A DNA stretch of 64,000 nt, from NCBI GenBank assembly GCA_020349965.1, contig CP070705.1, forward strand, positions 1,885,789-1,949,788, read 5' to 3'. Positions within the stretch are counted from its first letter, which is position 1. Each line of letters starts with the position of its first letter. The notes beneath the pieces are model-generated. The model saw only the letters and a program-made list of their open reading frames with translations. It ran no database searches and was not told where the DNA came from. The stretch is from a candidate division WOR-3 bacterium (GTDB lineage Bacteria > Hydrothermota > Tepidihabitantia > SM23-42). The position numbers were made by a program, and so were the translations under genes. Below are positions 1 to 9,884 of the stretch, in pieces.

Positions 1-1058
1 CTCCGTCGCGACGCCTGGAGTATGATGCCGACCGCCAAGAGATTGGCCGCCAGGGACCAGCCGCCGAATGAAATGAAGGGCAAGGGTATACCTGTCGGCG
101 GCAAGAGGCCGAGGCTCACGCCTACATGCACCAGGAAGATAATGAACACCGATGCATTTAGCCCTAAGACTACGAGCCTGGCGAATTCATCATCGACCGT
201 GCCAGCGACCGACAGACCACGCAAGTAGATCTGCCAATAGAAGATGAAGACAATGATGCATCCGATGAAGCCGAGTTCCTCGGCAATATGAGCGAAAATG
301 AAATCGTTATGAATGCCCGGCAGGAAAAGGAATTTCTGGAGGCCGGCGCCGGGCCCTTTACCGATCAGCCCACCAGAGCCAATGGCAATCAATGACTGTC
401 TGACCTGGTATGTAGGCTGCGAGATGAAATTGGTGATGCGGTATTGGGCGTGCGGAAATAATCCGATGAAGATAGCCAGCATCACGCTGCTAGCTGCACC
501 TGTTGCCAGCAGAAACTTCAATTTTGCACAGCCATATATCAACATGGCTATGACCGTTGCAAGGCATACAAAAGCCATTGAGATAGACGGCTGTACCGCA
601 ACAAGGATTATCGTCGTGAAGCAGATCACCAATATCGTGGCAAGCCCCCGATGCGTACTTGCAGTCTGTGGGTGCGCCGCGAAGAAATTCGCCAGGAAGA
701 AAACGAGCCAAATTCTCACGAATTCCGATACCTGCACGCCGACCGATGCGATAGCCAACGATCTCTTGGCACCGAACTGAAAACGTCCGGCCAGAACTGT
801 CAACAACAGACATACAATGATGAGCACAAGCAACGGCAAGAGCATCTTTCGTATCTTGTCGTAGGGTACGATGAGACCGAATACCAAGAATCCGATCGCT
901 ACCAGCACGCGCTTGAGGTGTGCCATCATGTAGTATGTCGAGTTTTCACCCTGACGCAGTGCGCGATAATAAGAAGAAGAGAAGACGAATATTATACCAA
1001 GGACGACCAAGCAGATAACGAGTAGTAATAATACACGATCAGTCTTGCCGTGCAGCAT
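1..1058 (-). CDS. ftsW: FtsW/RodA/SpoVE (SEDS) cell division protein, runs off window start
   Basis: Translated by hand from ATG at 1058 (MLHGKTDRVLLLL...). SEDS motifs QSLIAIGSGGLIGKG, LPGIHNDFIFAHIAEELG and TGIPLPFISFGG. Directly follows murD. Confidence 0.93.
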   Translation of the reverse strand, partial: MLHGKTDRVLLLLVICLVVLGIIFVFSSSYYRALRQGENSTYYMMAHLKRVLVAIGFLVFGLIVPYDKIRKMLLPLLVLIIVCLLLTVLAGRFQFGAKRSLAIASVGVQVSEFVRIWLVFFLANFFAAHPQTASTHRGLATILVICFTTIILVAVQPSISMAFVCLATVIAMLIYGCAKLKFLLATGAASSVMLAIFIGLFPHAQYRITNFISQPTYQVRQSLIAIGSGGLIGKGPGAGLQKFLFLPGIHNDFIFAHIAEELGFIGCIIVFIFYWQIYLRGLSVAGTVDDEFARLVVLGLNASVFIIFLVHVGVSLGLLPPTGIPLPFISFGGWSLAANLLAVGIILQASRR

Positions 1059-2343
1059 TCTTGAATACCTCCCCCCGTTCTTCAAAATCCCTGAAACGAT
1101 CAAAAGATGCGAACCCCGGATTGAGAAATATGACATCCCCTGGTTCGGCGAATCTACGCGCCTTGACGACGGCATCGTTCATATCCCGGGCAATCGCATA
1201 ACGGTCGTACTGATGGGCCTCCAAATATTCGGCAATGAAGCCGGAATTTTCACCCAGGAGTACACAGGCCTTTGCATGTTTTATCAGCTCATCGAAATAT
1301 TGCGTTCCTTCATCGCCCTTGTGCCTTCCGCCGAGGATGACGATCTTCAAACCTTCAACTGCATGGAAAGAAGCGACCGCTGCACCAGCATTTGTGCACA
1401 TGGAATTATTGATGTAGCGGATATTGTGAATGACACCAACATCTTCCAAGCGATGCGGCAGGCCTTTGAAATTCATTACGCCTTGCTCGATTCGTGTCGT
1501 CGGAATCTGTAGGACCTTCGCGACCGCTATGGCGGCGGCTATATTCATAAAATTGTGGGTGCCGCGCAACGGCAGTCCGTTGTGGGCAAAAAGTTCAACT
1601 CCCTCGTAATGAAATTTACCGTCCCATGACACACCGCTCGTTGCATGCCTGCCAAAATAAACGGCACGTGCTTTGATTCTACCTGCCAGGTTCCTTATCC
1701 ACTCATCATCATAGTTCAGAACAGCATAGTCATTGCTCTCCTGGTTTGAGAATATCCTTTCCTTAGCTGTCCTGTATTCTTCCATGTCTGAATGCCAATT
1801 GAGATGGTCAATGCCTACGTTGGTGAGCACTGCCACATGCGGACGGAACGTTTCGATGCGCATCAGCTGAAACGACGATACCTCGAGTACGTAGTAATCG
1901 GACTTCTTTCCGACCATGACATGAGAGAAGGGCTTGCCTGGAGCTATGTTCCCGCCTAAAAAATGATCTTTTTGTGCGGCTGCGAGAATACTGCTGATCA
2001 GGGCGGCAGTCGTACTCTTACCATTCGTACCGGTCACGGCAATGACCGTCGGATGATTCAGCTGCTGGTAGACATACTCTATCTCATCGATCACCTTCGT
2101 GCCCTGCTTTGTGAGAATTTTGTATATCGACCTTCCCGGAGGAAAACCCGGTGACGAAATGGCAAGATCGTAGCGCTGTTCGTCAACATACAGCCCAACC
2201 TGCCCCCTGCTGATCAGTCGCTGCGCCTCTGCCGACAGACCGGCCATGTTCTCGTCATAGACATGCACCTGTTCTCTTTTTTCCACAAGGTAATGTGCAA
2301 CCGCAAGATTCGCACGCCCCAGCCCTAAAAGCAACACTTTCAA
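1039..2343 (-). CDS. murD: UDP-N-acetylmuramoyl-L-alanine--D-glutamate ligase
   Basis: LLGLGRAN, SPG, VTGTNGKSTT, LEVSSFQL, DHLNWH, GLPHRLE, SFDRFRDFEERG; dcw order. Confidence 0.97.
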   Translation of the reverse strand: MKVLLLGLGRANLAVAHYLVEKREQVHVYDENMAGLSAEAQRLISRGQVGLYVDEQRYDLAISSPGFPPGRSIYKILTKQGTKVIDEIEYVYQQLNHPTVIAVTGTNGKSTTAALISSILAAAQKDHFLGGNIAPGKPFSHVMVGKKSDYYVLEVSSFQLMRIETFRPHVAVLTNVGIDHLNWHSDMEEYRTAKERIFSNQESNDYAVLNYDDEWIRNLAGRIKARAVYFGRHATSGVSWDGKFHYEGVELFAHNGLPLRGTHNFMNIAAAIAVAKVLQIPTTRIEQGVMNFKGLPHRLEDVGVIHNIRYINNSMCTNAGAAVASFHAVEGLKIVILGGRHKGDEGTQYFDELIKHAKACVLLGENSGFIAEYLEAHQYDRYAIARDMNDAVVKARRFAEPGDVIFLNPGFASFDRFRDFEERGEVFKNAARQD

Positions 2344-2347
2344 AGCA

Positions 2348-3433
2348 TCACCTTATCTTCAACGTTGAAAGGGCGAACATCAGGAAGATGATTCCGATTA
2401 TCCAAAATCGCACGACTATTTTGGGCTCAACGATGCCCTTCAGTTCGAAATGGTGGTGCAACGGTGCCATTCTGAATAAACGCTTCCCTCCGGTACGGCG
2501 AAAATAGATGACCTGTAGCAATACGGTCAAGACTTCCACGACGAAGACCCCGCCCACGAGCAGCAGCAGGATTTCCTGCTTGATCAGTATTGCCGCCGTG
2601 CCAATTATCGCACCGAGACTCAGTGCTCCCGTGTCACCCATGAACACTTGCGCGGGGTGAGCATTGAACCAAAGAAACCCAAGGCTCGCACCGAGTATGG
2701 CCGCACAATAGACGGTGATCTCACCGCCGTTTCGCAAGAATATAATGTTCAGATAGTCGCTGATCACCGCGTGTCCGGCAGCGTACGCCAGCGCGGCATA
2801 AGCAAGCGCGGCAACCCCGATCAATCCAATGGCCAAACCATCGAGACCGTCAGTCAGGTTGACTCCGTTTGAAGAACCGACCACTACAACAGCGACAAAA
2901 ACAGGGTAAAGCAGGCTGAAGCTGATGATGTAATTCTTGACGAATATGAGATTCGTCTTGTCTGCATAGCCCTCCGGACCAAAGAAAAACAGAAAGACCC
3001 CCAGGGAAAGCCCATAGATAAGCTGAAAGAGTAGCTTCTTGCGGATCGAGAGACCGCGAGGTTTCTGCTTGAATATCTTCACGTAATCATCCCAGAAACC
3101 CAGCAATCCAAAATATATCGTCGCGCTGAAAAGGATTAATATGTTGGGATTGCTCAGATCGCAAAACAGGAAAGACGAAACGAGGATAGAAAGTAGTATC
3201 AAGACGCCGCCCATCGAAGGCGTCCCTTCTTTAGAGCGATGGCCATCGGGCACCTCCATCCTCACTTTCTGTGTAACAGCCCGAGCTTTCATCAACCTTA
3301 TGAATCGCTGACCGAACACAAGAACGATGAGAATCGCAAAGACTGCAGCATAAGCGCTCCGGAATGTGATGTACCCGAAGAGTCTCAGGGGCCCGAAATA
3401 GTCACGCAGAGGATACAAGAGCCATAGCAGCAT
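2348..3433 (-). CDS. mraY: Phospho-N-acetylmuramoyl-pentapeptide transferase
   Basis: KEGTPSMGG, NGVNLTDGLDGLA, PAQVFMGDTG, MAPLHHHFE. Confidence 0.98.
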   Translation of the reverse strand: MLLWLLYPLRDYFGPLRLFGYITFRSAYAAVFAILIVLVFGQRFIRLMKARAVTQKVRMEVPDGHRSKEGTPSMGGVLILLSILVSSFLFCDLSNPNILILFSATIYFGLLGFWDDYVKIFKQKPRGLSIRKKLLFQLIYGLSLGVFLFFFGPEGYADKTNLIFVKNYIISFSLLYPVFVAVVVVGSSNGVNLTDGLDGLAIGLIGVAALAYAALAYAAGHAVISDYLNIIFLRNGGEITVYCAAILGASLGFLWFNAHPAQVFMGDTGALSLGAIIGTAAILIKQEILLLLVGGVFVVEVLTVLLQVIYFRRTGGKRLFRMAPLHHHFELKGIVEPKIVVRFWIIGIIFLMFALSTLKIR

Positions 3434-3483
3434 AATGATTCATCCTTTCTCTGTAATTATCAGTGATCCAACTTTATGATTAT

Positions 3484-4764
3484 TCACCTTATCAACCTCG
3501 CCAGTGTTTCAACATATGTCTCGAAATGAAGTGCGCGAGACGCTTTAAACAAGACGACCTCGTCCCCGGCGATGTTATTCTTGAGGTATCGAAGCAATCG
3601 ATTCCTGTCCGTAAAATGCTCCCCATTGTAGTGCTCAGCTTGCTCACCAAAAGTTATGAGAAGATCTGCAGAATCTCTTGCATACTTTCCGATCTCATCA
3701 TGTAACTCCACCGCCTTTTCACCCAATTCCAGCATATCGCCTAATACATATATTTTCCTTCGTTTAATATGGCGCGTGAAATCGATGGCGGCTCTCATCG
3801 AAACCGGATTAGCATTGTATGTGTCGTTCACGACCAGCAACCTGCCCCAGTGGAGGGGTTCCATGCGGCCGGGCTCAGGCGGCACCTGAGCTAGCACGTT
3901 GCGCTGCACGCGATAAGCAACACCAAGCATGGCGGTTAAACGAATTGCCGCAAGACAATTGTACACATTGCCCATTCCCAACAGCCTGGTAAAATAAGGA
4001 CTTCCGTCGTACGAAAAGTATGAACCGCGCTCTGTAAGCGTGATCTCTTCCAGCATTTCAATGGAAAAACGCTCTACCCCGGACCGGGCGAGGTTACCCG
4101 TACCGTCGCCGATCAGGGATAGCCCGTTCTTTGGCAGGGCTTCAATCAGAGACATCTTCTCTTTCAGGACGCCTTCAATGGATTGCAGCCCTTCGAGGTG
4201 ACCTGACCCCACGTTGGTGATCAGGCCAATATCCGGCCTCGCGATGTCGCACAGGCGTTTTATTTCACCCGGTGCACTCGTTCCCATTTCCAAAACGAGG
4301 TAATCCTCATCGCCCTCCGACCTCAATATGGTGAGGGGCAGACCGATGAGTGAATTGTAATTATGCTTTGTGGGCAGGACCCTGCCGGTCATGCTCAGTA
4401 TCGCCGCAACCATGTTCTTTGCTGTCGTCTTTCCGTTGGTCCCGGTAATACCAATCGTTCTTGCCTTAACACCATCCCGGTAGCGGCGGGCTAGTTCTCC
4501 CAGCGAGAAGAGCGAATCGGAAACGAATATTTCCCGGCCTGTTGATTGAGGACGCTCGACGACCGAAGCGAGAGCACCTTGTTGCAGCGCATCGCGTACG
4601 TAGCTATGCCCGTCCGTCTGCCTTCCCTTGAGCGCGAAGAACAGGTCGCCGGGTCTTGTTTGCAATGAATTTATCGATACACCCCGCACCAATTCAGCCA
4701 CGCCGGTTCTGCCCCTTCCATTGATCATCCTGGTTATCTCCGCTAACGTAAATTCGCGAAACAT
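3484..4764 (-). CDS. murF: UDP-N-acetylmuramoyl-tripeptide--D-alanyl-D-alanine ligase
   Basis: ITGTNGKTT, NYNSLIGLP, LEMG, NDTYNANP, LGDMLELG, FKASR. Confidence 0.96.
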   Translation of the reverse strand: MFREFTLAEITRMINGRGRTGVAELVRGVSINSLQTRPGDLFFALKGRQTDGHSYVRDALQQGALASVVERPQSTGREIFVSDSLFSLGELARRYRDGVKARTIGITGTNGKTTAKNMVAAILSMTGRVLPTKHNYNSLIGLPLTILRSEGDEDYLVLEMGTSAPGEIKRLCDIARPDIGLITNVGSGHLEGLQSIEGVLKEKMSLIEALPKNGLSLIGDGTGNLARSGVERFSIEMLEEITLTERGSYFSYDGSPYFTRLLGMGNVYNCLAAIRLTAMLGVAYRVQRNVLAQVPPEPGRMEPLHWGRLLVVNDTYNANPVSMRAAIDFTRHIKRRKIYVLGDMLELGEKAVELHDEIGKYARDSADLLITFGEQAEHYNGEHFTDRNRLLRYLKNNIAGDEVVLFKASRALHFETYVETLARLIR

Positions 4765-6167
4765 TTCCTGATCTCCGCGCTATCGCTGAACTCAATGACT
4801 TCATCGTTGACTATTTGATACTCCTCATGCCCCTTACCGGCAATGATCACTATGTCCTTTTCCCTGCGCGACGTAATTGCGCGTCTTATTGCCGCAGCCC
4901 GGTCTTCGATAACAACGTGATTGTTGCCGGGCATACCGCGCAGAATATCGGCGATGATCTGCCCAGGCGGTTCACCGCGTGGGTTGTCCGAAGTAACTAT
5001 GACTTCATCCGCGAGGCTCGAAGCAACCGCTCCCATCTTCGGGCGTTTGTCACGGTCACGATCGCCACCGCATCCAAAGACGATTATCAACTTACCGGAT
5101 GTGTATTTCCTGAAGGCTCGCAACAGTTTTTCGACGGCCGCTGGTGTATGGGCGTAGTCAACAAATATTCTGTCTACAACACATTCCATTCGGCCAGGAA
5201 CTTTTTCCATTTTCTCGATTCCTCTGATGATCATCTCTGTATCAACATCCAGCGCCACACCTACGGAAATCGCAGCAAGAATATTATGAAGATTAAAATC
5301 CCCGATCAGCGGTGATCTTACTTCGAACTTCTCCGTGCCACGCCGCACCTCTATCCGCAGCCCGTCGAGAGATTGTTCAATGATCCGGCCGTCTATATCG
5401 TTCCCTCCATTCCTACCGTATGACACTTTATTTGCAAGCGGCATGGCCTCGATCATGATGCTGCTTTCATCATCCCGGTTATAGACAGCGTAGCCTTCAC
5501 TTCCGAGCAAAGAGAATAGATGCAACTTCGAACGCAGGTAATCTTCCATCGTCACATGAAAATCGAGATGATCCTGTGAAATATTGGTGAAGACGGCGAC
5601 GTCGAATCTGATGCCTTCAACTCGTTTCAGTTTAAGTGCGTGGGAAGATACCTCCATGACCGCGCAGTCAATCGAATGTTCTGTGAACCGTTTGAATATC
5701 TTATAAATATCAAGAAGTTCCGGGGTTGTACGGGTTGCCTTTTCTCTCGTAGCACCGAGATAATAGACGGTGCCAATCAATCCGGGCCTTCTACCCGCCT
5801 GAGCGAGTATTGAATGGACGAGGAAGGTGGTCGTAGTCTTGCCATTAGTACCGGTCACACCGATTTTGGTCAGCTCGTCGAATTCACCATAGAAGCGTGC
5901 GCCTATTATCGCAAGGACTTCCCTCGGATTCTCCACGACAATCTGAGGCAGGTCCGTTGCCACTTTGCGTTGTACTATAACAGCCACCGCACCTGCATTT
6001 TCTGCATCGTCAACGAAATCATGGCCGTCGTAACGTGCCCCCGCAATGGCCACGTAGAGTGCCCCCGGTTTGACCTTTCTTGAATCGAACTCTATTGATT
6101 GTACCTCGGCTTCCCTCATGCCATATCGCTGCAAAGGAATACCGGAGATCAATCTACTTAGCTGCAT
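4743..6167 (-). CDS. murE: UDP-N-acetylmuramoyl-L-alanyl-D-glutamate--2,6-diaminopimelate ligase
   Basis: VTGTNGKTT, MEVSSH, QDHLDFH, VDYAHTP, FGCGGDRD, DNPR (DAP-type), AGKGHE. Confidence 0.97.
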   Translation of the reverse strand: MQLSRLISGIPLQRYGMREAEVQSIEFDSRKVKPGALYVAIAGARYDGHDFVDDAENAGAVAVIVQRKVATDLPQIVVENPREVLAIIGARFYGEFDELTKIGVTGTNGKTTTTFLVHSILAQAGRRPGLIGTVYYLGATREKATRTTPELLDIYKIFKRFTEHSIDCAVMEVSSHALKLKRVEGIRFDVAVFTNISQDHLDFHVTMEDYLRSKLHLFSLLGSEGYAVYNRDDESSIMIEAMPLANKVSYGRNGGNDIDGRIIEQSLDGLRIEVRRGTEKFEVRSPLIGDFNLHNILAAISVGVALDVDTEMIIRGIEKMEKVPGRMECVVDRIFVDYAHTPAAVEKLLRAFRKYTSGKLIIVFGCGGDRDRDKRPKMGAVASSLADEVIVTSDNPRGEPPGQIIADILRGMPGNNHVVIEDRAAAIRRAITSRREKDIVIIAGKGHEEYQIVNDEVIEFSDSAEIRKCFANLR

Positions 6168-7779
6168 AGCGGTAGGAGTTCATCTGATAGACACTTTGCG
6201 CAACTTCCTTGAATACCGGTGCTACAATCGTACTCGCCCAGTAGCCACTCTTTGGCTCATCAACCATGAGCATGATGAGATAGTCAGGATCATCCGCCGG
6301 AAAGTAACCGACGAAGGTTGCGACGACCGAAGTCCTCGAATAAGAGCCGTTTATGACCTTCTGAGCGGTTCCGGTCTTGCCGGCTATCTTTACACCGTTG
6401 AAGGCAGCGGCCGTCCCGCTCCCCTCATCGACAACTGCACAGAGAATATCGGTCACCCTGTGTGCCAGTGATTCGTCGATAGCACGCCGTATCCTCAGAG
6501 GTCTGGACTTGTGCACCTTCGTCTGTTTACTCATCACGGCCGCCACCAGAGTCGGTTTGTACAATACACCTCCGTTTGCGATCGTTTGATACGCCATTGC
6601 CAGTTGCAGCATGTTTACGGTAAGACCCTGACCAAAGGCAAGTGTCGCAAAATCTACATCATTCAGCTTCCGGGCTTCTGGCAGCCTGCCGCGAACCTCA
6701 CCGGGGAATTCAATGCCCGTAATTTCACCAAATCCAAAATCGCGCACCAGCAGAAGAAAGCGTTCGCGGTCGAATTCTCGTGACAGCTTAACCATCGCCA
6801 CGTTGCTTGAGTGAGCGACCGCCTGTTTCAACGTCACAACACCGTAGTCGCGATAGTCATTGATCATGTGACCGCGCACCTTTATCTTGCCAGCCTCGGT
6901 GTCGATCCTGTCCGTATCGCGCGCCCCGTTCATCAAGGCAAACGTAAGTGGCATCAATTTAAACGTGGACCCCGGTTCGAATTCATCACAGATGATATGA
7001 TTTCTTGAATCGTGCTCTCGCCCAACATTCACCATGGCCAAGATATTACCGGTCCTGGGCTCGATGATCAAACCAGCGGCAAGTTGTGCATCCTCTTTTT
7101 CCATACATTCCTTCAATTTTTCGTGAAGGATCGCCTGCAGCTGCAGGTCGACCGTAAGATAAAGATCACAACCCGGTTGCGGTTCCTTCTCCGGATAGTT
7201 GTGGTACGGGAATACTCCTCCTGCAGGATCTTTTTGATAGACTGCAAACCCGGCCTCACCGCTGAGAATGTCGTCAAACTGTACCTCCAACCCCTCGATA
7301 CCCCGGTTGTCCGAACCACACCTGCCAATCATACTCGCAAAGATGTCCGGCATATTGTACCTTCGGTTCAGATCATGGGTATAACCGATGCTCGGATCAT
7401 CTATGGCCAGATAACGATCAAGCTGTTCTTTGTCCACCTTCATCTCTACCCAGAAAAATTCGCCCTTGTCGATCATCTGCCTGATGTGACCTCTCGACTT
7501 ACTTGATATACTCGACAGACCGCTCGTCAATTTCTGCATGTCCACGGCATAGCGTGGTGTGCAAAAAACCGAATAGCATTGCTCTGACGTGGCGATCGGT
7601 AACCCATTGCGGTCGTATATATTACCGCGAGAGCCGAGTAGTATGAATTTTCTCTCATGCTGCTGCTTGGCTCGCTTTTCATAGTAGTGATGCCTGAAAC
7701 ATTGAACGTAGAAAAGGTATGAAAAGAAGACACACGAAACGAAAAAGAGAAGGAAATTGAGTATCTTTGTCCGTATCAC
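6154..7779 (-). CDS. ftsI: Class B penicillin-binding protein (FtsI/PBP3)
   Basis: N-terminal TM, RGNIYDRNG, EPGSTFK (SxxK), HSSN (SxN), GKTGTAQK; dcw position. Confidence 0.95.
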   Translation of the reverse strand: MIRTKILNFLLFFVSCVFFSYLFYVQCFRHHYYEKRAKQQHERKFILLGSRGNIYDRNGLPIATSEQCYSVFCTPRYAVDMQKLTSGLSSISSKSRGHIRQMIDKGEFFWVEMKVDKEQLDRYLAIDDPSIGYTHDLNRRYNMPDIFASMIGRCGSDNRGIEGLEVQFDDILSGEAGFAVYQKDPAGGVFPYHNYPEKEPQPGCDLYLTVDLQLQAILHEKLKECMEKEDAQLAAGLIIEPRTGNILAMVNVGREHDSRNHIICDEFEPGSTFKLMPLTFALMNGARDTDRIDTEAGKIKVRGHMINDYRDYGVVTLKQAVAHSSNVAMVKLSREFDRERFLLLVRDFGFGEITGIEFPGEVRGRLPEARKLNDVDFATLAFGQGLTVNMLQLAMAYQTIANGGVLYKPTLVAAVMSKQTKVHKSRPLRIRRAIDESLAHRVTDILCAVVDEGSGTAAAFNGVKIAGKTGTAQKVINGSYSRTSVVATFVGYFPADDPDYLIMLMVDEPKSGYWASTIVAPVFKEVAQSVYQMNSYRYAAK

Positions 7780-8027
7780 TCGACCGCTCCCAAAATATCT
7801 TCGCTCGACGGGAAAACATAACCCATCTTCTTTGCCGCAGCCTCAATACGTGCAAGGTTGGTGTGATAAATCAGCTGTGACTCCAACTGCGTCCTCTCAT
7901 TCTCCAATCTGATGACATCGTTTCTCAAATCCTCCTTACGGACCTCGATCCGGACTAACTCGCTTTCAATGAACACAAGAACGAACAGATATACGATGGC
8001 AGACACAAATAACATCAGGACCCGCAT
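7776..8027 (-). CDS. ftsL: Cell division protein FtsL-like
   Basis: Short TM plus leucine-zipper coiled coil ending RIEAAAKKMG, between rsmH and ftsI. Confidence 0.82.
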   Translation of the reverse strand: MRVLMLFVSAIVYLFVLVFIESELVRIEVRKEDLRNDVIRLENERTQLESQLIYHTNLARIEAAAKKMGYVFPSSEDILGAVE

Positions 8028-8899
8028 TTCTCGATCATCCGTAGTTTGGCGCTTCGCGCGCTCGGATTGACTTTGACTTCATTATCAAGCGGCTTCACTG
8101 CCTTCTTACGCAGTAGCACGACCTTCCCTTCTTTACTCTTATCCCGGAAAAACCGCTTCACGATGCGATCTTCACCCGAGTGGTACGAAATGACCAGCAT
8201 GCGACCGCCTCGATGCAAACTTTGAAGTGCCACCACAAGCCCCAGACGGAGATTGTTCAGTTCGTCGTTCGTCCAGATCCGCAGCGCTTGAAATACTTTG
8301 TGCAGATTCTTCTTAAGAAACCGCCGGGGAACGGCGTTTTCAATTAGATTCCTCAGTTCGAGAGTCGAGGTAAGATGTACCCTGTGCTCGTAGATCTCCC
8401 TTCCCAACCTGCGATAGTTACGTACATCGCCGTATTCCTTCAAGATCCTCGCAACCTCCTCTTTCGATGACCGACGCAGTTTTTCGGACAAAGCCAGGTA
8501 ACGTGGTGACATACGCATGAGCAGACGACCCTGACGCTCAAAACTGAAACCGCGGCTGGCCGTCGTCACCTGGTGATATGACACACCCAAGTCGAACAGA
8601 ATGCCGTTGACCAAGGCGATATTTAGTTTGTCAAGGATTAAATCTAGATTAATAAAATTATCCTCGAAGAGCCAGCAACGCTTGCTGAAGCCTACCGTTT
8701 GGCGCCGGCTGTAGTCAATAGCGGCCGGGTCGCAATCGACACCTATGAATTTAGCCGTCTTCGTACTCTTCAACATGGCTGTAAGATGGCCCCCGCCGCC
8801 CACAGTGCAGTCGCAATAAATCCCATTCTCTTTCAATCCCATCCAGTCCAGAACCTCATTGAGCAACACAGGTCGGTGGTAAACCTGCTGCGATATCAT
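8015..8899 (-). CDS. rsmH: 16S rRNA (cytosine1402-N4)-methyltransferase
   Basis: HRPVLL, DCTVGGGGH, FDLGVS, FQALRI, ISYHSGEDRIVK, NPSARSAKLR. Confidence 0.97.
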   Translation of the reverse strand: MISQQVYHRPVLLNEVLDWMGLKENGIYCDCTVGGGGHLTAMLKSTKTAKFIGVDCDPAAIDYSRRQTVGFSKRCWLFEDNFINLDLILDKLNIALVNGILFDLGVSYHQVTTASRGFSFERQGRLLMRMSPRYLALSEKLRRSSKEEVARILKEYGDVRNYRRLGREIYEHRVHLTSTLELRNLIENAVPRRFLKKNLHKVFQALRIWTNDELNNLRLGLVVALQSLHRGGRMLVISYHSGEDRIVKRFFRDKSKEGKVVLLRKKAVKPLDNEVKVNPSARSAKLRMIEKCGS

Positions 8900-8902
8900 T
8901 TA

Positions 8903-9244
8903 TCAGGAGAAGCTTTTCAGTGCAGCCCTGCGCGATGGATATATCTCGAAGGGATAGAATCCATACAACCTGAGGATGTCGTACAGATAGGGCGAGACGT
9001 TCACAAGTTTTATGTCGCCTCCGAATTTCTTGAATTTTTGCTGGTATTCGATGAGAAGACCAACGACTTTATAATTTATGTGGCTGACCCGGGAAAGATC
9101 AATTATTATGTTCAGATCATTGTCCTCGATCATCTCTTTCAATTTCAATTCAATCTTCCCGAATCCCTGCTCATCGATTTCACCGCTTGGCAAAAAGAAA
9201 GAGACTTTCTTGTCTTTCATTGCCTCAACCGCCTGTATTTTCAT
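8903..9244 (-). CDS. STAS-domain protein (anti-sigma antagonist fold) lacking the usual DSSG phospho-serine
   Basis: SGEID...IIIDLSRVSHIN...GGDIKLVNVSP..DILRLYG STAS pattern; overlaps mraZ stop. Confidence 0.85.
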   Translation of the reverse strand: MKIQAVEAMKDKKVSFFLPSGEIDEQGFGKIELKLKEMIEDNDLNIIIDLSRVSHINYKVVGLLIEYQQKFKKFGGDIKLVNVSPYLYDILRLYGFYPFEIYPSRRAALKSFS

Positions 9245-9707
9245 CTTTCCTCCTTCTCAATTCCTCGATGCTCTCGGCATCCTCTAAATAGAATTTCTCG
9301 ATTTCCTTACCAAACATCTCGTAGCTATCAGGAGACCAAAGTTCTATGTAATTTATTTCACCGACGATCACAACCTCTTTCACGATGTGGGCATGTGTGA
9401 GAAGGAAATCCGGGATCAATATTCTTCCCTGAGCATCCAGTCGATCTTCTTTAATGCCGAAGGTGAAGTGGCGCCGATACCTGCGTGACTTGAGGTAATC
9501 CATTGAAAGAGATAAGAGCTCTCTGTCTTCTATCTCCTCCCATGTCTTCAGCGGGTACACGGCTATCTCGCGGTCATACCCCGGAGTCAAGATCACCCTT
9601 CCTTCAGACTCATGGTTCAGCATATTGCGAAACTGACTCGGGATGGCAAGCCGTTTCCGCTCATCCAGTATGTGGGTGAAGAATCCACGGAATCTAACTT
9701 TCCCCAT
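9225..9707 (-). CDS. mraZ: Division/cell wall cluster transcriptional repressor MraZ (likely ATG at 9707; ORF extends to GTG 9722)
   Basis: FRGFFTHILDERKRLAIP and LDAQGRILIP repeats, IELWS; heads the dcw cluster. Confidence 0.93.
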   Translation of the reverse strand: MGKVRFRGFFTHILDERKRLAIPSQFRNMLNHESEGRVILTPGYDREIAVYPLKTWEEIEDRELLSLSMDYLKSRRYRRHFTFGIKEDRLDAQGRILIPDFLLTHAHIVKEVVIVGEINYIELWSPDSYEMFGKEIEKFYLEDAESIEELRRRKDENTGG

Positions 9708-9730
9708 TTCTCCCCATTTCACCCCATTTT
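9701..9730 (-). promoter_or_regulatory. Three 10-bp-period AAATGGGG direct repeats: MraZ operator
   Basis: Minus strand reads AAAATGGGGT GAAATGGGGA GAAATGGGGA, matching the known TGGG-type MraZ boxes at 10-bp spacing. Confidence 0.85.
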
Positions 9731-9753
9731 ACATATTATTTGTATTTTGTCAA
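9726..9753 (-). promoter_or_regulatory. Sigma70-type promoter of the dcw operon
   Basis: TTGACA-N16-TAAAAT. Confidence 0.75.
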
Positions 9754-9884
9754 GTACTAAGATGCGTCAAATTTGGAGAATTATGCTCCAAATATTGAGA
9801 CTTTTTCTGGGAACTGCCACAAGGTGCGGCAGCACCGCGTTTATTCTACGTTTTTTTGTAAGGTTATGGTTCTCGGTGATCTTT

